Shown here piece by piece: positions 27,901 to 36,637 of a stretch of DNA of 64,000 bases; the first letter of the stretch is position 1, and the number at the start of each line of letters is the position of its first letter. Source of the stretch: a virus; the IMG/VR virus record IMGVR_UViG_3300025705_000005, positions 10,486 to 74,485 of that record. One strand, given 5' to 3'. The position numbers were made by a program, and so were the translations under genes. The notes under the pieces are model-generated. The model saw nothing but the letters and a program-made list of their open reading frames with translations, had not been told where the DNA came from and ran no database searches.

Positions 27901-30900
27901 ACCCTGCTTTGATTTAGAAAGTGTCATCGTTTTAGATAATGATACCGATTCACTAACTGCTGTTATAATAACCGAACCACTATCGTGTGCCATCGATGTG
28001 ATTGTTACAGTGTTACCACTTATAGATGAACTTACAGATGTTGTTGAATCTTTACTAAAAGTATATTCTGAATTCTTATTTGTAGTCCCTTCGAACACTT
28101 CCATATCAGTAACTGCTCCAACGAATGATACTACAGTTCCATCATTTTGTGAAGGTAACGTATGAGATTCATTGGTTAGGAATGTAGTTACTGCATCCAC
28201 ACCACCTACCCCATCACTACCACCTTCTACTTTAAATATTGTTACGGAATCCGTTAGAGTATCATTTGTACAAGATATGGTTAATGGTAAACTAGTCTTA
28301 GCTCCATTTAAACCACCACTACTAAATCCACCTGTATATGAAACGCTACCACTTACTATACCACTTTTTTGGTTTGTGGGCCCACCTACACTATTATTGT
28401 TGAATGAGAAGTTTGTAACATTATTACTATCTGCGGTGGTGATTGTTATATCACTACTTACAATAACATCATTTAAGTTTTGTTGAGAAAATGAGAAGTT
28501 AATTGTACCTGGCGTTGCTGAGTTATCTGTTGAATCATCAAATGCGAATATCTGAGAATCTACACTTCCTATTAATGTTTTTGCGTTATCACCACTTACA
28601 CCCGGAGTTCCATCCTGGCCATCATCACCTTGTCTAGTAATACCAATCGACATTATTTTTGATAATGATACCGATTCACTAACTGCGGTTATTGTAACTG
28701 AACCACTATATGGTGATGTGGTATTTGTTATCGTAAACGCATTTGATGATGAAGTTACCGTTATATATGCTGCTGAACTTTCTGTAAATGAATAGTTTGA
28801 TGTTTTATCTGTAATACCCTCAAATACTTTCATTTGAGTGTCAGCTCCTGCATATGATTGAATTGCGCCTGAACTACTCAATGGTAGTGTGTGTGATTCA
28901 TTTGTTAAAAATGCCGTTACTGCATCTACACCAGCAGCACCATCCGAACCAGGTTGTAATCCAAATAATGTTAAACTATCAGTTGATGCGGCTGTTCCAC
29001 CAGAAGAACCTGTAAATGCTCTTACTTCATATGTTTTAGGAGTAGATGAAGTTGGTTTCTCCAATGCAGTATTAACAGTGAATGTGTTTGTTGTACTTCT
29101 ACTTCCTTGAATGGTAGCATCTTTATAAAATTCATAATACACATCACCTATAAAGTTTTGTGGTGTTGCGGTTAGTGTTATTGTTTGACCAGATGGTGCT
29201 TCATCTCCAAACTCATCAAATGTTACTACATATTTATCAGCTGATAGTTCTACTGTTCGTGCTATAGAACCACTTGATACATTATCAATTGCCGTTTCAA
29301 CGGATGTTCCATCTGCGAAGTTTAACTGCCCAGTGATTGATAATGTAGATGTTGATGGATTCCAAGATAGTTTATTACCTAATGAGAATTGAGAACCTGA
29401 ATCTACATAGAACCCAGTATTAGCATTATTATAAGCCCCATGTATTCCAGTAAATAATTTACCATCAGCCATACTAATTCCACCGATAGAACCTGTTTTT
29501 GCAATTATACCACCTTGAAGGAATACATTATCGGTTGCTAATCCAAACCCTGGATTTGAATTACCAAACACATAATCTGAATTTGCCAATCCACTTAAAT
29601 CACCTAATCTTACTTTTAACGCTACATCGTATAATCCACTACCTGTTCTTTCAACAACATCCATATATGGTGTATTCACATCATTTGGATTTGCGTTCAT
29701 TTTGATATAACCAGTATTTAATTTACCAGTCGAAACAATAACTTGCCCATCTTCGTATGATTGAGCTGCTGAACCTAAATCACCAACGAATTCACCTTGA
29801 GAACCACTTCCGTATGCTCTCTGTACCATTATTCTACCATAGGTTTCATCTTCATTCGAACCATCACTATCTATTGATGCTGAATTTAATAAAACATATT
29901 CTGTTTGGAAACCTGTATTATCTACTTTCTTTATAAGGAGTATTTCACCTTGAGAGAATCCACTAGCGTTCTTTACAGACATCGTAGTTTCTGTGTCTGT
30001 TAACGAACCAGTAATTGTTGTTGAGTTAGCTACCCATAATTGTCCACCAACTGCGTTTACAGATTCTTTTTCAAAAGTTGTTGTTCTTAACGTACCTCTA
30101 ATTCTTACGTTTTCAAATTCTGCAGTTCCATTTCCTTCAGATGAAATCTTCCACCCTTTTAATCCACTTGCGAAATCTCTAGTTTGTAAGATACCTTCAG
30201 GTTTCATTATAAGGTTTCCACCTTCTATAGAACCCGTTGTAATACCCCAACCACCAATCGATGCTGATACGAATCTTGCGAAACCATCTGCTTTGATAGA
30301 TGAGGATGAGTTTGTTTCAGTAGATGCTGCGCCATTTATTAATGCTGGTGTTTTTATATTTTCTACAGTTAAATCTGATAGAATTGTTGCGTTCGCTCCA
30401 ATTATTAAACTACCTTCTCCACTATTTGCTTTAGGGTCTAAGTGAAATATAGATGAACTAATTTCAATATTACCATCCGAACCACTTATGTATTGTTCGG
30501 TTAGATTACCAATAAAGAACTTATCAGTTTTAACATCTAAAATACCACCATTTGCTGTTGAGAATACAAGGTGTCTGTCATCGTTATCTCCAACGAACTG
30601 CATACCAACACCTAATAGCTGGTCTTCACCAAATACAAGATTACCCGAACCACTATAGATTACGAATCCACCTGGTGCTTTTCCTAATGATGCTGAAGTT
30701 ATACCTCTGTATCCAACGGAACGCATGAATCCACTACTAGAACCACCAATTTCAATACCAGTTCCTAATGTATTGGATATAAAAATAGAACCACTAATTA
30801 AGTTCTCTTCACCACCAATGTAAACTTGCTCACCATCAAATACAAATGGCTCTGATATTGTTTCAGTTCTTGATATACTACCCTCAGCGTTTAAATATAA

Positions 30901-32001
30901 TAACTTTAGTATCTTAGGGTCATTTAAGTTTTTAGAAGGAATAGGTACTTTTATATGTGCTGTAGAGCTATATGGTATTGATACTTCATTTAGTAATTCA
31001 AAGTCTGCAGATAATCCTTCTGATTTAGCTAATATTTTAATTTTATCTACAACACCAGTTATAGGGTCTATGTTACTGAATTGTAAATCTACAAAGTTTC
31101 GTTTGTTTTGTGTTACTGTATTAGAACCACTCTTAATATATTGTATTTTATAATCTGCTTCAGATACAGATTCGTATGTATGTGTTAAATCTTCTCTACC
31201 AGCAAATGATGTTGTAAAGTTTGTTAATGTCTTTACATATGTACTATTTAATAATTTTTCAATTGATGAACTAAAGAATGTAGAACTCTCTGGTCCTTCA
31301 ATATTAGCTACAGGGAATGCTGGTTCTGTAAAGTTATTCAGAATTATAGTTCCACCAATCATTTCAGAATTGAATGTAGAACTATCAGCAATTTGAATTA
31401 CAGGCGTTGTACCACTAAATAAATACTTCGCCTTACCAGTCTGAACTGTTTGTGTTAATGTGTTATTGGTTTGTGCTTGGTTTTCGTATGGTTCTACACT
31501 TTGAGAAACTACTACGCTTGGTACGTTAGTAGGATTAAATATAATCTCTGATGAATTATTTCTATCTCTATCTACATTTAATGTAGTTTGCCATTTAACG
31601 TTTATCTTACCTCTCTGATTAGGTGGTAGTGGATTTCCGTTTAAATCAACGTTAGCAATACCTAATAGAGTAATAGTAGCCTCGCCATTTGGAGTGTTAT
31701 CAATACCCTTATCGTTATAAATCCATATAGATATTACTCTACTTTTATCAGCTTCTAAATAATCAGGAATCTCAAAGTATATAGGTTGTCCGTTAGAATC
31801 TCTAACATCGACATATATTTGAGTACCATCCACTAAGTTAGTTGGATGAGCAGTAATTCTTAATAAGTTTTTACCTTTTTGTAAAACCTGTGGGACATCA
31901 GAAACTCTAAAGTACTTAGTTGAACGCTGACTATCATCAACGATGAACGTTTGTATATCTTTTAAGTTCTCTCTGTCTGAAAATTTATATTCTAAGGACA
32001 T
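21964..32001 (-). CDS. Giant (3345 aa) modular tail fibre/adhesin
   Basis: Alternating beta-rich repeats (DAVxAFLTNESHT / AKLL..DSQxFAF) joined by GxDG linkers, three candidate jelly-roll/lectin-like domains, and phage tail-type segments (GNGTAEFENVRIRG, VKVRLGDLSG-like). SD AGGAG at 32008-32012. Confidence 0.8.
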   Translation of the reverse strand: MSLEYKFSDRENLKDIQTFIVDDSQRSTKYFRVSDVPQVLQKGKNLLRITAHPTNLVDGTQIYVDVRDSNGQPIYFEIPDYLEADKSRVISIWIYNDKGIDNTPNGEATITLLGIANVDLNGNPLPPNQRGKINVKWQTTLNVDRDRNNSSEIIFNPTNVPSVVVSQSVEPYENQAQTNNTLTQTVQTGKAKYLFSGTTPVIQIADSSTFNSEMIGGTIILNNFTEPAFPVANIEGPESSTFFSSSIEKLLNSTYVKTLTNFTTSFAGREDLTHTYESVSEADYKIQYIKSGSNTVTQNKRNFVDLQFSNIDPITGVVDKIKILAKSEGLSADFELLNEVSIPYSSTAHIKVPIPSKNLNDPKILKLLYLNAEGSISRTETISEPFVFDGEQVYIGGEENLISGSIFISNTLGTGIEIGGSSSGFMRSVGYRGITSASLGKAPGGFVIYSGSGNLVFGEDQLLGVGMQFVGDNDDRHLVFSTANGGILDVKTDKFFIGNLTEQYISGSDGNIEISSSIFHLDPKANSGEGSLIIGANATILSDLTVENIKTPALINGAASTETNSSSSIKADGFARFVSASIGGWGITTGSIEGGNLIMKPEGILQTRDFASGLKGWKISSEGNGTAEFENVRIRGTLRTTTFEKESVNAVGGQLWVANSTTITGSLTDTETTMSVKNASGFSQGEILLIKKVDNTGFQTEYVLLNSASIDSDGSNEDETYGRIMVQRAYGSGSQGEFVGDLGSAAQSYEDGQVIVSTGKLNTGYIKMNANPNDVNTPYMDVVERTGSGLYDVALKVRLGDLSGLANSDYVFGNSNPGFGLATDNVFLQGGIIAKTGSIGGISMADGKLFTGIHGAYNNANTGFYVDSGSQFSLGNKLSWNPSTSTLSITGQLNFADGTSVETAIDNVSSGSIARTVELSADKYVVTFDEFGDEAPSGQTITLTATPQNFIGDVYYEFYKDATIQGSRSTTNTFTVNTALEKPTSSTPKTYEVRAFTGSSGGTAASTDSLTLFGLQPGSDGAAGVDAVTAFLTNESHTLPLSSSGAIQSYAGADTQMKVFEGITDKTSNYSFTESSAAYITVTSSSNAFTITNTTSPYSGSVTITAVSESVSLSKIMSIGITRQGDDGQDGTPGVSGDNAKTLIGSVDSQIFAFDDSTDNSATPGTINFSFSQQNLNDVIVSSDITITTADSNNVTNFSFNNNSVGGPTNQKSGIVSGSVSYTGGFSSGGLNGAKTSLPLTISCTNDTLTDSVTIFKVEGGSDGVGGVDAVTTFLTNESHTLPSQNDGTVVSFVGAVTDMEVFEGTTNKNSEYTFSKDSTTSVSSSISGNTVTITSMAHDSGSVIITAVSESVSLSKTMTLSKSKQGTAGLPGAAAKLLSLSSDSQVFSFPSASSNTPIDNDVLIIVNQQNLSGTIDAGDITIKDSGGNTLADPAFVASVTDGTGQVSGSITFNTTLSSTKSKLPITIEVSKDGLEDSLKIFKIDGGGDGVDGTDAVIAFLTNESHTFAADSSGSIAVFAGGSTDMEVFEGITNVTSNYVISSSNGAGVSASDSGNTVTISTMTADSAYVNINASSGSVSIDKIMSLVKSKQGPDGSDGTSAKLLIGSLDSQVMAFDDVIDTSATPSSIEFSFQQQNLVAPISASDVTIQMNGGGNITNFTFDNTDAVSGTGIVSGSVSFAGNTNAGGMGSDKSKFPLTISATKDSLQDAVKIFKVEGGSDGTSGVSAITALLTNDSHTLPVSSSGDVISFAGASTDILVFQGTSNVTNDYTINTGSISSHITTTTSGDTVTITNSTTPFSGSVEITATSGSVVLTKLMSISQALQGDDGSDGAPGTSASLISLTGDSQVFAFASASATTPDDTTIELFITQQNLGKTLTASDITIIDAVGGSHNVPTFAPTSLPNNSGVISGSLVFNTNSPSPKAKYPITITVTSGSLSDSFKIFALDGGADGTSGTDAITVIVGNESHTLAAGADGLVPSYVGAETDVTIFEGVTDKTTNYFINGVSNTGITVDNDFNSFNSSSLNVTNMNHDSGSVIITAISGGIHHSGWGSRTGEDWATSQFLVGGAGDINGTDNDWHLVDNPDTISIGSGDGELRNNYVEFGNNADNDRVWIAGKDIFAYDDTKTYYIEARFKRVSGTGTVYVGVNGWSNESTKRNVVGSNTFSSQHYIAAAGFSFGENEGTDWVTKRGYFSGHGASSATNSGESPDINNPKTIHTNATYISPMFIASHPTNNGVVRLDYIEIKEVKDGSGNLSTGVVKIDKTMSLVKSRAGTDGAPGAAGSGSKTVSLTAATNVVTYDADGLNPSPSGTITLSANSQNFTDGYFKFTGDGITDELTYTNGVSANGDTKNFTIPSSYFSTPKTITVSVSEAADSTTELTFDTVTIVAVQPGAAGAGGVDAVTAFLTSEADVVPAANDGTVSSFNGSGTEMFIYEGVTNVSSNYTVTNQNSTDLTATISNRVLTISALTPDSGSVILTAVSGGVSISKTYSIAKSKAGPQGDQGANNQDFSFLDASLSGVQGTLAAGLLMNSDVFGYHGAIGSGTTATLADFTSFLDSGGNFYLGGNASGASNPSDGYLAWNNTNKSLLISGSNANIEVDKFLLGSGTSQYISGSNGNVEIAGDVTFRGRPDNGDGNVVFFDDFSQYSAVGDTNGGNAPKMDGTGDAWFWNKGASSSTPSLEADTDCISGKALVVGNNSGDDEANIISNTLIPFNESSLYEVEVRIKRTAGTSNTRAYVGINGMQSDGVTRVGYDGNNNTSGHYITLSSNNLGTGNGTGYFQTFKGYFKGATRTGGSNGDTTMHDDKTNPGTLRAEINNGFISAYLLLNYNDTQGITHVDYIKIKEFSSGGTSRISGDSITTGTIKSNNLSTDTGTALYLNDGVMKIGGTGAYTTEKGILLDGPNAKFAVGELGGNYMRFNHTAGKLEISTPNFEIDSGGAVQVTGAISVLDADGNAITLGDPAEAVENLFNEITNPSAGISALDGRPADFFSTYGNNVASNIKFSDFGGTIGKVVELSNPGDTTIGMATKIIKKEASAYRITITVKGGATNYTSGTTGMYLRVYESNDASAREDGVKFITHASYANSSNSEPGSLSTSGEATLSWTKISGSAGVGNVSNNLNGSYWPQEWITYQTNYTPSAGTEFFSMNILNWSGNGLNSAYVRDLVIKPKTNLGTQIGGRQIKTGELQSLNLSPNEGSVISLDSGSMKLGGFVSPGFEVTKEGFVTATNIVEKFVNVNSANSGSYYQTVSGHTTLVLDGSLGGSVTMNLTLQVAPPYVINDILFPTNAGSDDIARLELSIQDDGIQFDDGAITSGYSSFGLLLQTYTLTTRSGQGLVQN

Positions 32002-32029
32002 TCATTTCTCCTACTGTTTCTACTTTATA

Positions 32030-32064
32030 TATAAGTATGAAAAATACACTTATAACTATAAATA
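32030..32064 (-). promoter_or_regulatory. Two putative late motifs (TATTTATA 32057-32064; TACTTATA 32030-32037)
   Basis: Both lie upstream of the giant fibre gene; one overlaps the SbcDC stop codon. Confidence 0.5.
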
Positions 32065-35000
32065 TCTAATTGATGAAAATCCATCTAATTTTGTGATATC
32101 TATTATTTGGTCAACCATATCCCTAGTCTTATCTATATGTGAGATTGTAACTATGAAATCAAATTCGTTCTTTAGGTAATCGAATAATAAATATAAAGAA
32201 TTAAAGTTATCTGTATCTAAAGAACCAAACCCCTCATCAATTGCTATAAAGTTTGGACGTGGTAGATTTGACACATTTACTAATGCGGTTCTAATTGCTA
32301 CGGATGAAATAAACTTCTCCATACCACTTGTTAATTCTAGTGGCCAAAACTCTTCAGTTCCATATGCTATATATGAATTTATATTCTTACCATCTGTATT
32401 AAGTATGATTTGGAAATCTACAATTGGTTGTAGTATATTATTTATCTCTACTTCTAATTTAGGTAATATGTCTGATATTAATTGGTATGGTATCCCATCT
32501 CTTCTTACACATTGTAAGTAGTATTCATACCCCTCATACTTTTTTTCCATCAATTCTAACTTATCTATAGAATCATTTACAGTTTTAATAACGTTTTGTG
32601 AAATTTTAATATCACCACTAACATCAATAATATCATCATTTAGATTCATAATATCTTCATCAATAATATCTAAAGATAATTTGGTTTTATCAATTTTTTG
32701 TTGTACTTTTATGTTATGCTTTACTGATGCCGTTTGTTCTAACGATTTACTTATATCTGAAGATGTGTATTTAAGTTTAGTTATTAAGTCTGATAACTCT
32801 AAGTTACATGATTTATTAGTTAACTCTAACTTCTCAATCTGATTGGTTAGTTTATCATATTTATCTTTTAATTCTTTTACACTTACTAATACCTCTCTAA
32901 CATCAAACTTAAACATATCAGATTTCATATCCAGTATTTCCGAAGATAATCGTTTTGATTTGGAAGTTAGTTTAATTATATCATCTGATAATGTTTTTGA
33001 TTGTTTAGCAAATGGAGTGTTTTTATTCTTTACACAATGTTCACAATCATCATCGAATGATAAAGAACCAATACCATCTAAATGTTCTTGTTTATGCTCA
33101 ATATCAGTATTTAAAGTATCTAACGATGATGTTATCTCTTCTAACCTATTAACATATGCTTGGTATTTTATATGGCTTTCTTGTAATTTGTTTAAATCGT
33201 ATGATTGATATTCAGTACTAACTGATTTTAGTTCAATTGATATATTATCCAATTCATCTTTATAATCCGTACATTCTGATGATTTATCTGAAATTTCTAA
33301 CTCCAGCGAATCTTTTAATCTTATTAGAGAATCTGTATCTATTATAGTATCATCTACGTTTTTTAATTCTGATATTAAGATATCCTTTTCTTCTCTAAGA
33401 AGTGTTCGTTTACCCTTTAACTTAGATATTTTATCATTACACTTTACCAATACCTTTTGATTCTTTTCCAAATCCTCTTTTGCTTCTACTAACTTATCAG
33501 TAAAGTTTTGATTCTTATAATCTTTTAAGAGTGCACTTAACTCCCTAATCTCATCATTAGCTATTTGATATAATTCTTCAAATACATTCATATCTAAGAA
33601 TTGAGCAAGTAGTTCTTTCTTTTCTCTTTGTGATTTTTCAATGAACCCACCACTATTAGATTGGTTAGACATTGCTGTAAGAATGAAATCTTCGTATGAA
33701 CCTACATACTGCCTAATTATAGAGTTTGTATCTCTACGTTCCTCACCATTTAATGAATGAGTAATACCATCTACTATACAATAAAATTCTACATCTACCT
33801 TTACAGTTCCTCTTTTTGGAGATTTCTTACCAATTCGTTCTATGAAGTAATCTACCCCATTTATCTCAAAATTAAACTTACAATCGAATTTTGTTTTAGA
33901 ATAATTTAAAACATCTAATGCTTTTGTTGTACGAGAACATCTATCAAATAAACAAAACGATAACGCATCCCATAGTGATGATTTACCACTAGCATTTGGT
34001 GCGAATATCCCATATGCACCTTTCATTTGTGAGAAATCAATTATATTCTTAGGTCCATATGAAAACATATTTGAAAACTCAAATGTTTTTGGTTTCCATA
34101 TAATATTCTTCATACCCTTAACACTACCCAATTTATTGTTTATATCTTGGTTAATAGTTCGTATAACTTCCAGTTGTTCATCAGCTATAACATATTTATC
34201 AGATAAGTACGATTCCATCATTTGATTTTGAAATCCAATATCTCTTACGTTTTGTAGGGTTAGGCTCGAATTACCACTAGAATCTTTTCTATCTGATAAT
34301 ACTTTTTGAATTGTTAGTTCCTGTACTTTCCTACCTACTTTTACCTCTGATATGATTTTCTTTAATTGAGATTGGGATGTATCCTTAACTCTAACTCTCA
34401 TACGAGGTTTGTTAGGAATTGTTGGATTACCAATCACTTTACCATCTTCTACATCAATAGTAACATACCCATAATCGTTGTGAATTGGAACGAATTCCGA
34501 TTCTTTGGTTTGAACATCCCATACTAAGATTCCATGCTCAGGATACTTAGCTTCAGCATGATTCTGCATAATTGTAGAACCACAATACTTAATCGTACCC
34601 TCATCGTTTAGTGATTGATTTGGTACGTGAATATCACCTAATAGTACTAAATCGTATCCATCGAATGAATCTACTTTTACGTTTTTATTCTCTAATTGGA
34701 ATCCGTATTCTGTTTTTACCTTATCGACAGGAGCATGATATAAAGCAATCTTATAATCACCATGTACCTCTTCAGATGGGATAATTTCCTTAGATTCCCC
34801 AAAAACCGATGAGTGTGAAAAGGAAATTCCACCCATTTTCCAAACTCCATCATCCTTCAGATAATGTAGATTTGAATGGTTTAGTGCATTTACAATTGGT
34901 GATAACGCATCTAATCGAGATGGGTTATTTAGGTTAGCATCGTGGTTACCTGGTATTAAAATGGTTGGTAACATATCTGATAAGTTCTTTAGAAATGTTT

Positions 35001-35226
35001 GTGTCATCTCTATAACTTCAGGAGTCATATCCGTTTTTGCGTGAACAATATCCCCACAAAGAACGATAACACTATCATCAGTTTTGGTGGTTTTTATGTA
35101 CTCATAAAGGTTTTCGAATACTTCTCTATACTCTTTATGTCTTTTTAAATTTCTGATATGTACATCAGCTATGTGGTAAATCTTTTTGATTGTACCATCA
35201 TACTTAATTCTTTTTGATTTTCTCAT
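32056..35226 (-). CDS. Fused SbcD/Mre11 nuclease and SbcC/Rad50 ATPase (T4 gp47-gp46-like)
   Basis: Phosphoesterase motifs ADVH, GDIVH, GNHD and GDIH. Then Walker A APNASGKSS, coiled coil with CEHC zinc hook, signature TSGMEK, Walker B IAIDEGFGSLD and ISH. Confidence 0.93.
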   Translation of the reverse strand: MRKSKRIKYDGTIKKIYHIADVHIRNLKRHKEYREVFENLYEYIKTTKTDDSVIVLCGDIVHAKTDMTPEVIEMTQTFLKNLSDMLPTILIPGNHDANLNNPSRLDALSPIVNALNHSNLHYLKDDGVWKMGGISFSHSSVFGESKEIIPSEEVHGDYKIALYHAPVDKVKTEYGFQLENKNVKVDSFDGYDLVLLGDIHVPNQSLNDEGTIKYCGSTIMQNHAEAKYPEHGILVWDVQTKESEFVPIHNDYGYVTIDVEDGKVIGNPTIPNKPRMRVRVKDTSQSQLKKIISEVKVGRKVQELTIQKVLSDRKDSSGNSSLTLQNVRDIGFQNQMMESYLSDKYVIADEQLEVIRTINQDINNKLGSVKGMKNIIWKPKTFEFSNMFSYGPKNIIDFSQMKGAYGIFAPNASGKSSLWDALSFCLFDRCSRTTKALDVLNYSKTKFDCKFNFEINGVDYFIERIGKKSPKRGTVKVDVEFYCIVDGITHSLNGEERRDTNSIIRQYVGSYEDFILTAMSNQSNSGGFIEKSQREKKELLAQFLDMNVFEELYQIANDEIRELSALLKDYKNQNFTDKLVEAKEDLEKNQKVLVKCNDKISKLKGKRTLLREEKDILISELKNVDDTIIDTDSLIRLKDSLELEISDKSSECTDYKDELDNISIELKSVSTEYQSYDLNKLQESHIKYQAYVNRLEEITSSLDTLNTDIEHKQEHLDGIGSLSFDDDCEHCVKNKNTPFAKQSKTLSDDIIKLTSKSKRLSSEILDMKSDMFKFDVREVLVSVKELKDKYDKLTNQIEKLELTNKSCNLELSDLITKLKYTSSDISKSLEQTASVKHNIKVQQKIDKTKLSLDIIDEDIMNLNDDIIDVSGDIKISQNVIKTVNDSIDKLELMEKKYEGYEYYLQCVRRDGIPYQLISDILPKLEVEINNILQPIVDFQIILNTDGKNINSYIAYGTEEFWPLELTSGMEKFISSVAIRTALVNVSNLPRPNFIAIDEGFGSLDTDNFNSLYLLFDYLKNEFDFIVTISHIDKTRDMVDQIIDITKLDGFSSIRYL

Positions 35227-36164
35227 ACACCTAATAACTTATACTCCATTAACTTTCTTAGTGAAAGTAATTCAGTATTTTTTATTTTTTCATTAATAGT
35301 TTTAAAACCCATATCTGATGGGTCTGAATCTTTTAGTTCAACGATGTGAACATTTACTCCGTTATTCATAAGGGATTCTGCGAATCTAAGTGAATTCTTA
35401 AATGCATCGGAATCTAATGCTAAATACACACTTTTTACCCCCTTACTCATTATTTTCTTTTGTAGTTCCGATTGTGGTGATTTACCAAACAATGGAATAC
35501 TATTCATTCTAACTGCTATAGCATCAAATACTCCTTCACAAATTACAATTGGTAAATCCCAATTAACAAACATCTCAAACCCTACTACATCTTTGGATAC
35601 ATCAGGATTCTTATGTTTGAATGCAGAATCATAAAAACTTCTACCTACAAAATAATTTAACATACCATTCTCATCATAAGATGGTACGATTATTTTATGT
35701 TTGTATATACCTTCCTCACAATACCCCATTTGGTACTTTAATACCTCTGCTGGTGTTACACCTCTTCTATTCAAATAAGATATAGCATGCTTCCTTATAA
35801 CTGATGTGGAAGCCTTCCATAATGGAATGTATTCAGATGGGAGTTGAACCAACTCAGTTTTACCATTATTTTCAGAATTTGGTAAATTTGAGTATCTATA
35901 CTTTCTACTAAAGATTGAGTTGTGTGCATCCCATACTTCCTTAGATACTTTAAGTTTTCTGAAAAGAGAGCGTATTGATTTACCCTTTTCATCAGATATC
36001 CAACAATGCCAAGGGTTATCGGCATTAGAATTTAACTTTATGTTTATCTCCAATTTAGGTTTATGATGATTCACAAACGGAGACCAAAACGCATAGTTAT
36101 CGCCTGATGTTTTCTTAGCTTTACCTAAGATTGATTCTAATAAAGATAGTAGCTGTTCTTCCAT
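35223..36164 (-). CDS. DNA primase (DnaG/TOPRIM type)
   Basis: YLNRRG, YFVGR, ICEGVFDA, LDSDA and DPSD motifs. Likely start MEEQLL at 36164. Confidence 0.88.
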   Translation of the reverse strand: MEEQLLSLLESILGKAKKTSGDNYAFWSPFVNHHKPKLEINIKLNSNADNPWHCWISDEKGKSIRSLFRKLKVSKEVWDAHNSIFSRKYRYSNLPNSENNGKTELVQLPSEYIPLWKASTSVIRKHAISYLNRRGVTPAEVLKYQMGYCEEGIYKHKIIVPSYDENGMLNYFVGRSFYDSAFKHKNPDVSKDVVGFEMFVNWDLPIVICEGVFDAIAVRMNSIPLFGKSPQSELQKKIMSKGVKSVYLALDSDAFKNSLRFAESLMNNGVNVHIVELKDSDPSDMGFKTINEKIKNTELLSLRKLMEYKLLGV

Positions 36165-36171
36165 ATTGTTA

Positions 36172-36203
36172 TAAATATACAAATAATAATTGGATTATCC
36201 AAA
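36172..36203 (-). promoter_or_regulatory. Bacteroidota-type promoter TTTG-N20-TATATTTA upstream of primase
   Basis: Matches the -33 TTTG / -7 TAnnTTTG consensus and spacing. Overlaps a TATTTATA at 36170-36177. Confidence 0.65.
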
Positions 36204-36620
36204 GAATTTCTGAATTTCTTTTTCATCTATCCATTCTTGTGGGATTTCTTTTTTTGCCCATTTGAATCCGTTCTTCTCACACCATTGTGCATATGTGGTT
36301 TTAGAACCTTTGTATATTTTAGAATTTGGAGATTGTAATACGAACCTTAAATCCATATCAGGATTCTGTTCTTTTATATGTAAATGTTTTTTTCTATCTT
36401 CTGGTAAGAACCAACCTTTTGATTCTATAAAGATATTATTAGGTAATCTGAAATCAGGTTTGTAAGTATGATGAGTTGCTGGGATTGTATATGATACTTC
36501 GTGCTTTTCGTATTCACCATCAATTCCTTTAGATTTTAATTGTTCATCTATATGAGTTTCTAACCCACTCTTATGACCCTTCAGTTTTTGGATATGGGAC
36601 CAATTTCCTTTTTTATTCAT
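36195..36620 (-). CDS. T7 endonuclease I-like Holliday junction resolvase
   Basis: KSGLE, YKPDF, FIESKG, DRKKHL, DLRFV and TTYAQWCEKNGF match the endonuclease I family. Confidence 0.9.
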   Translation of the reverse strand: MNKKGNWSHIQKLKGHKSGLETHIDEQLKSKGIDGEYEKHEVSYTIPATHHTYKPDFRLPNNIFIESKGWFLPEDRKKHLHIKEQNPDMDLRFVLQSPNSKIYKGSKTTYAQWCEKNGFKWAKKEIPQEWIDEKEIQKFFG

Positions 36621-36637
36621 AACTTTTTATTTTTATA

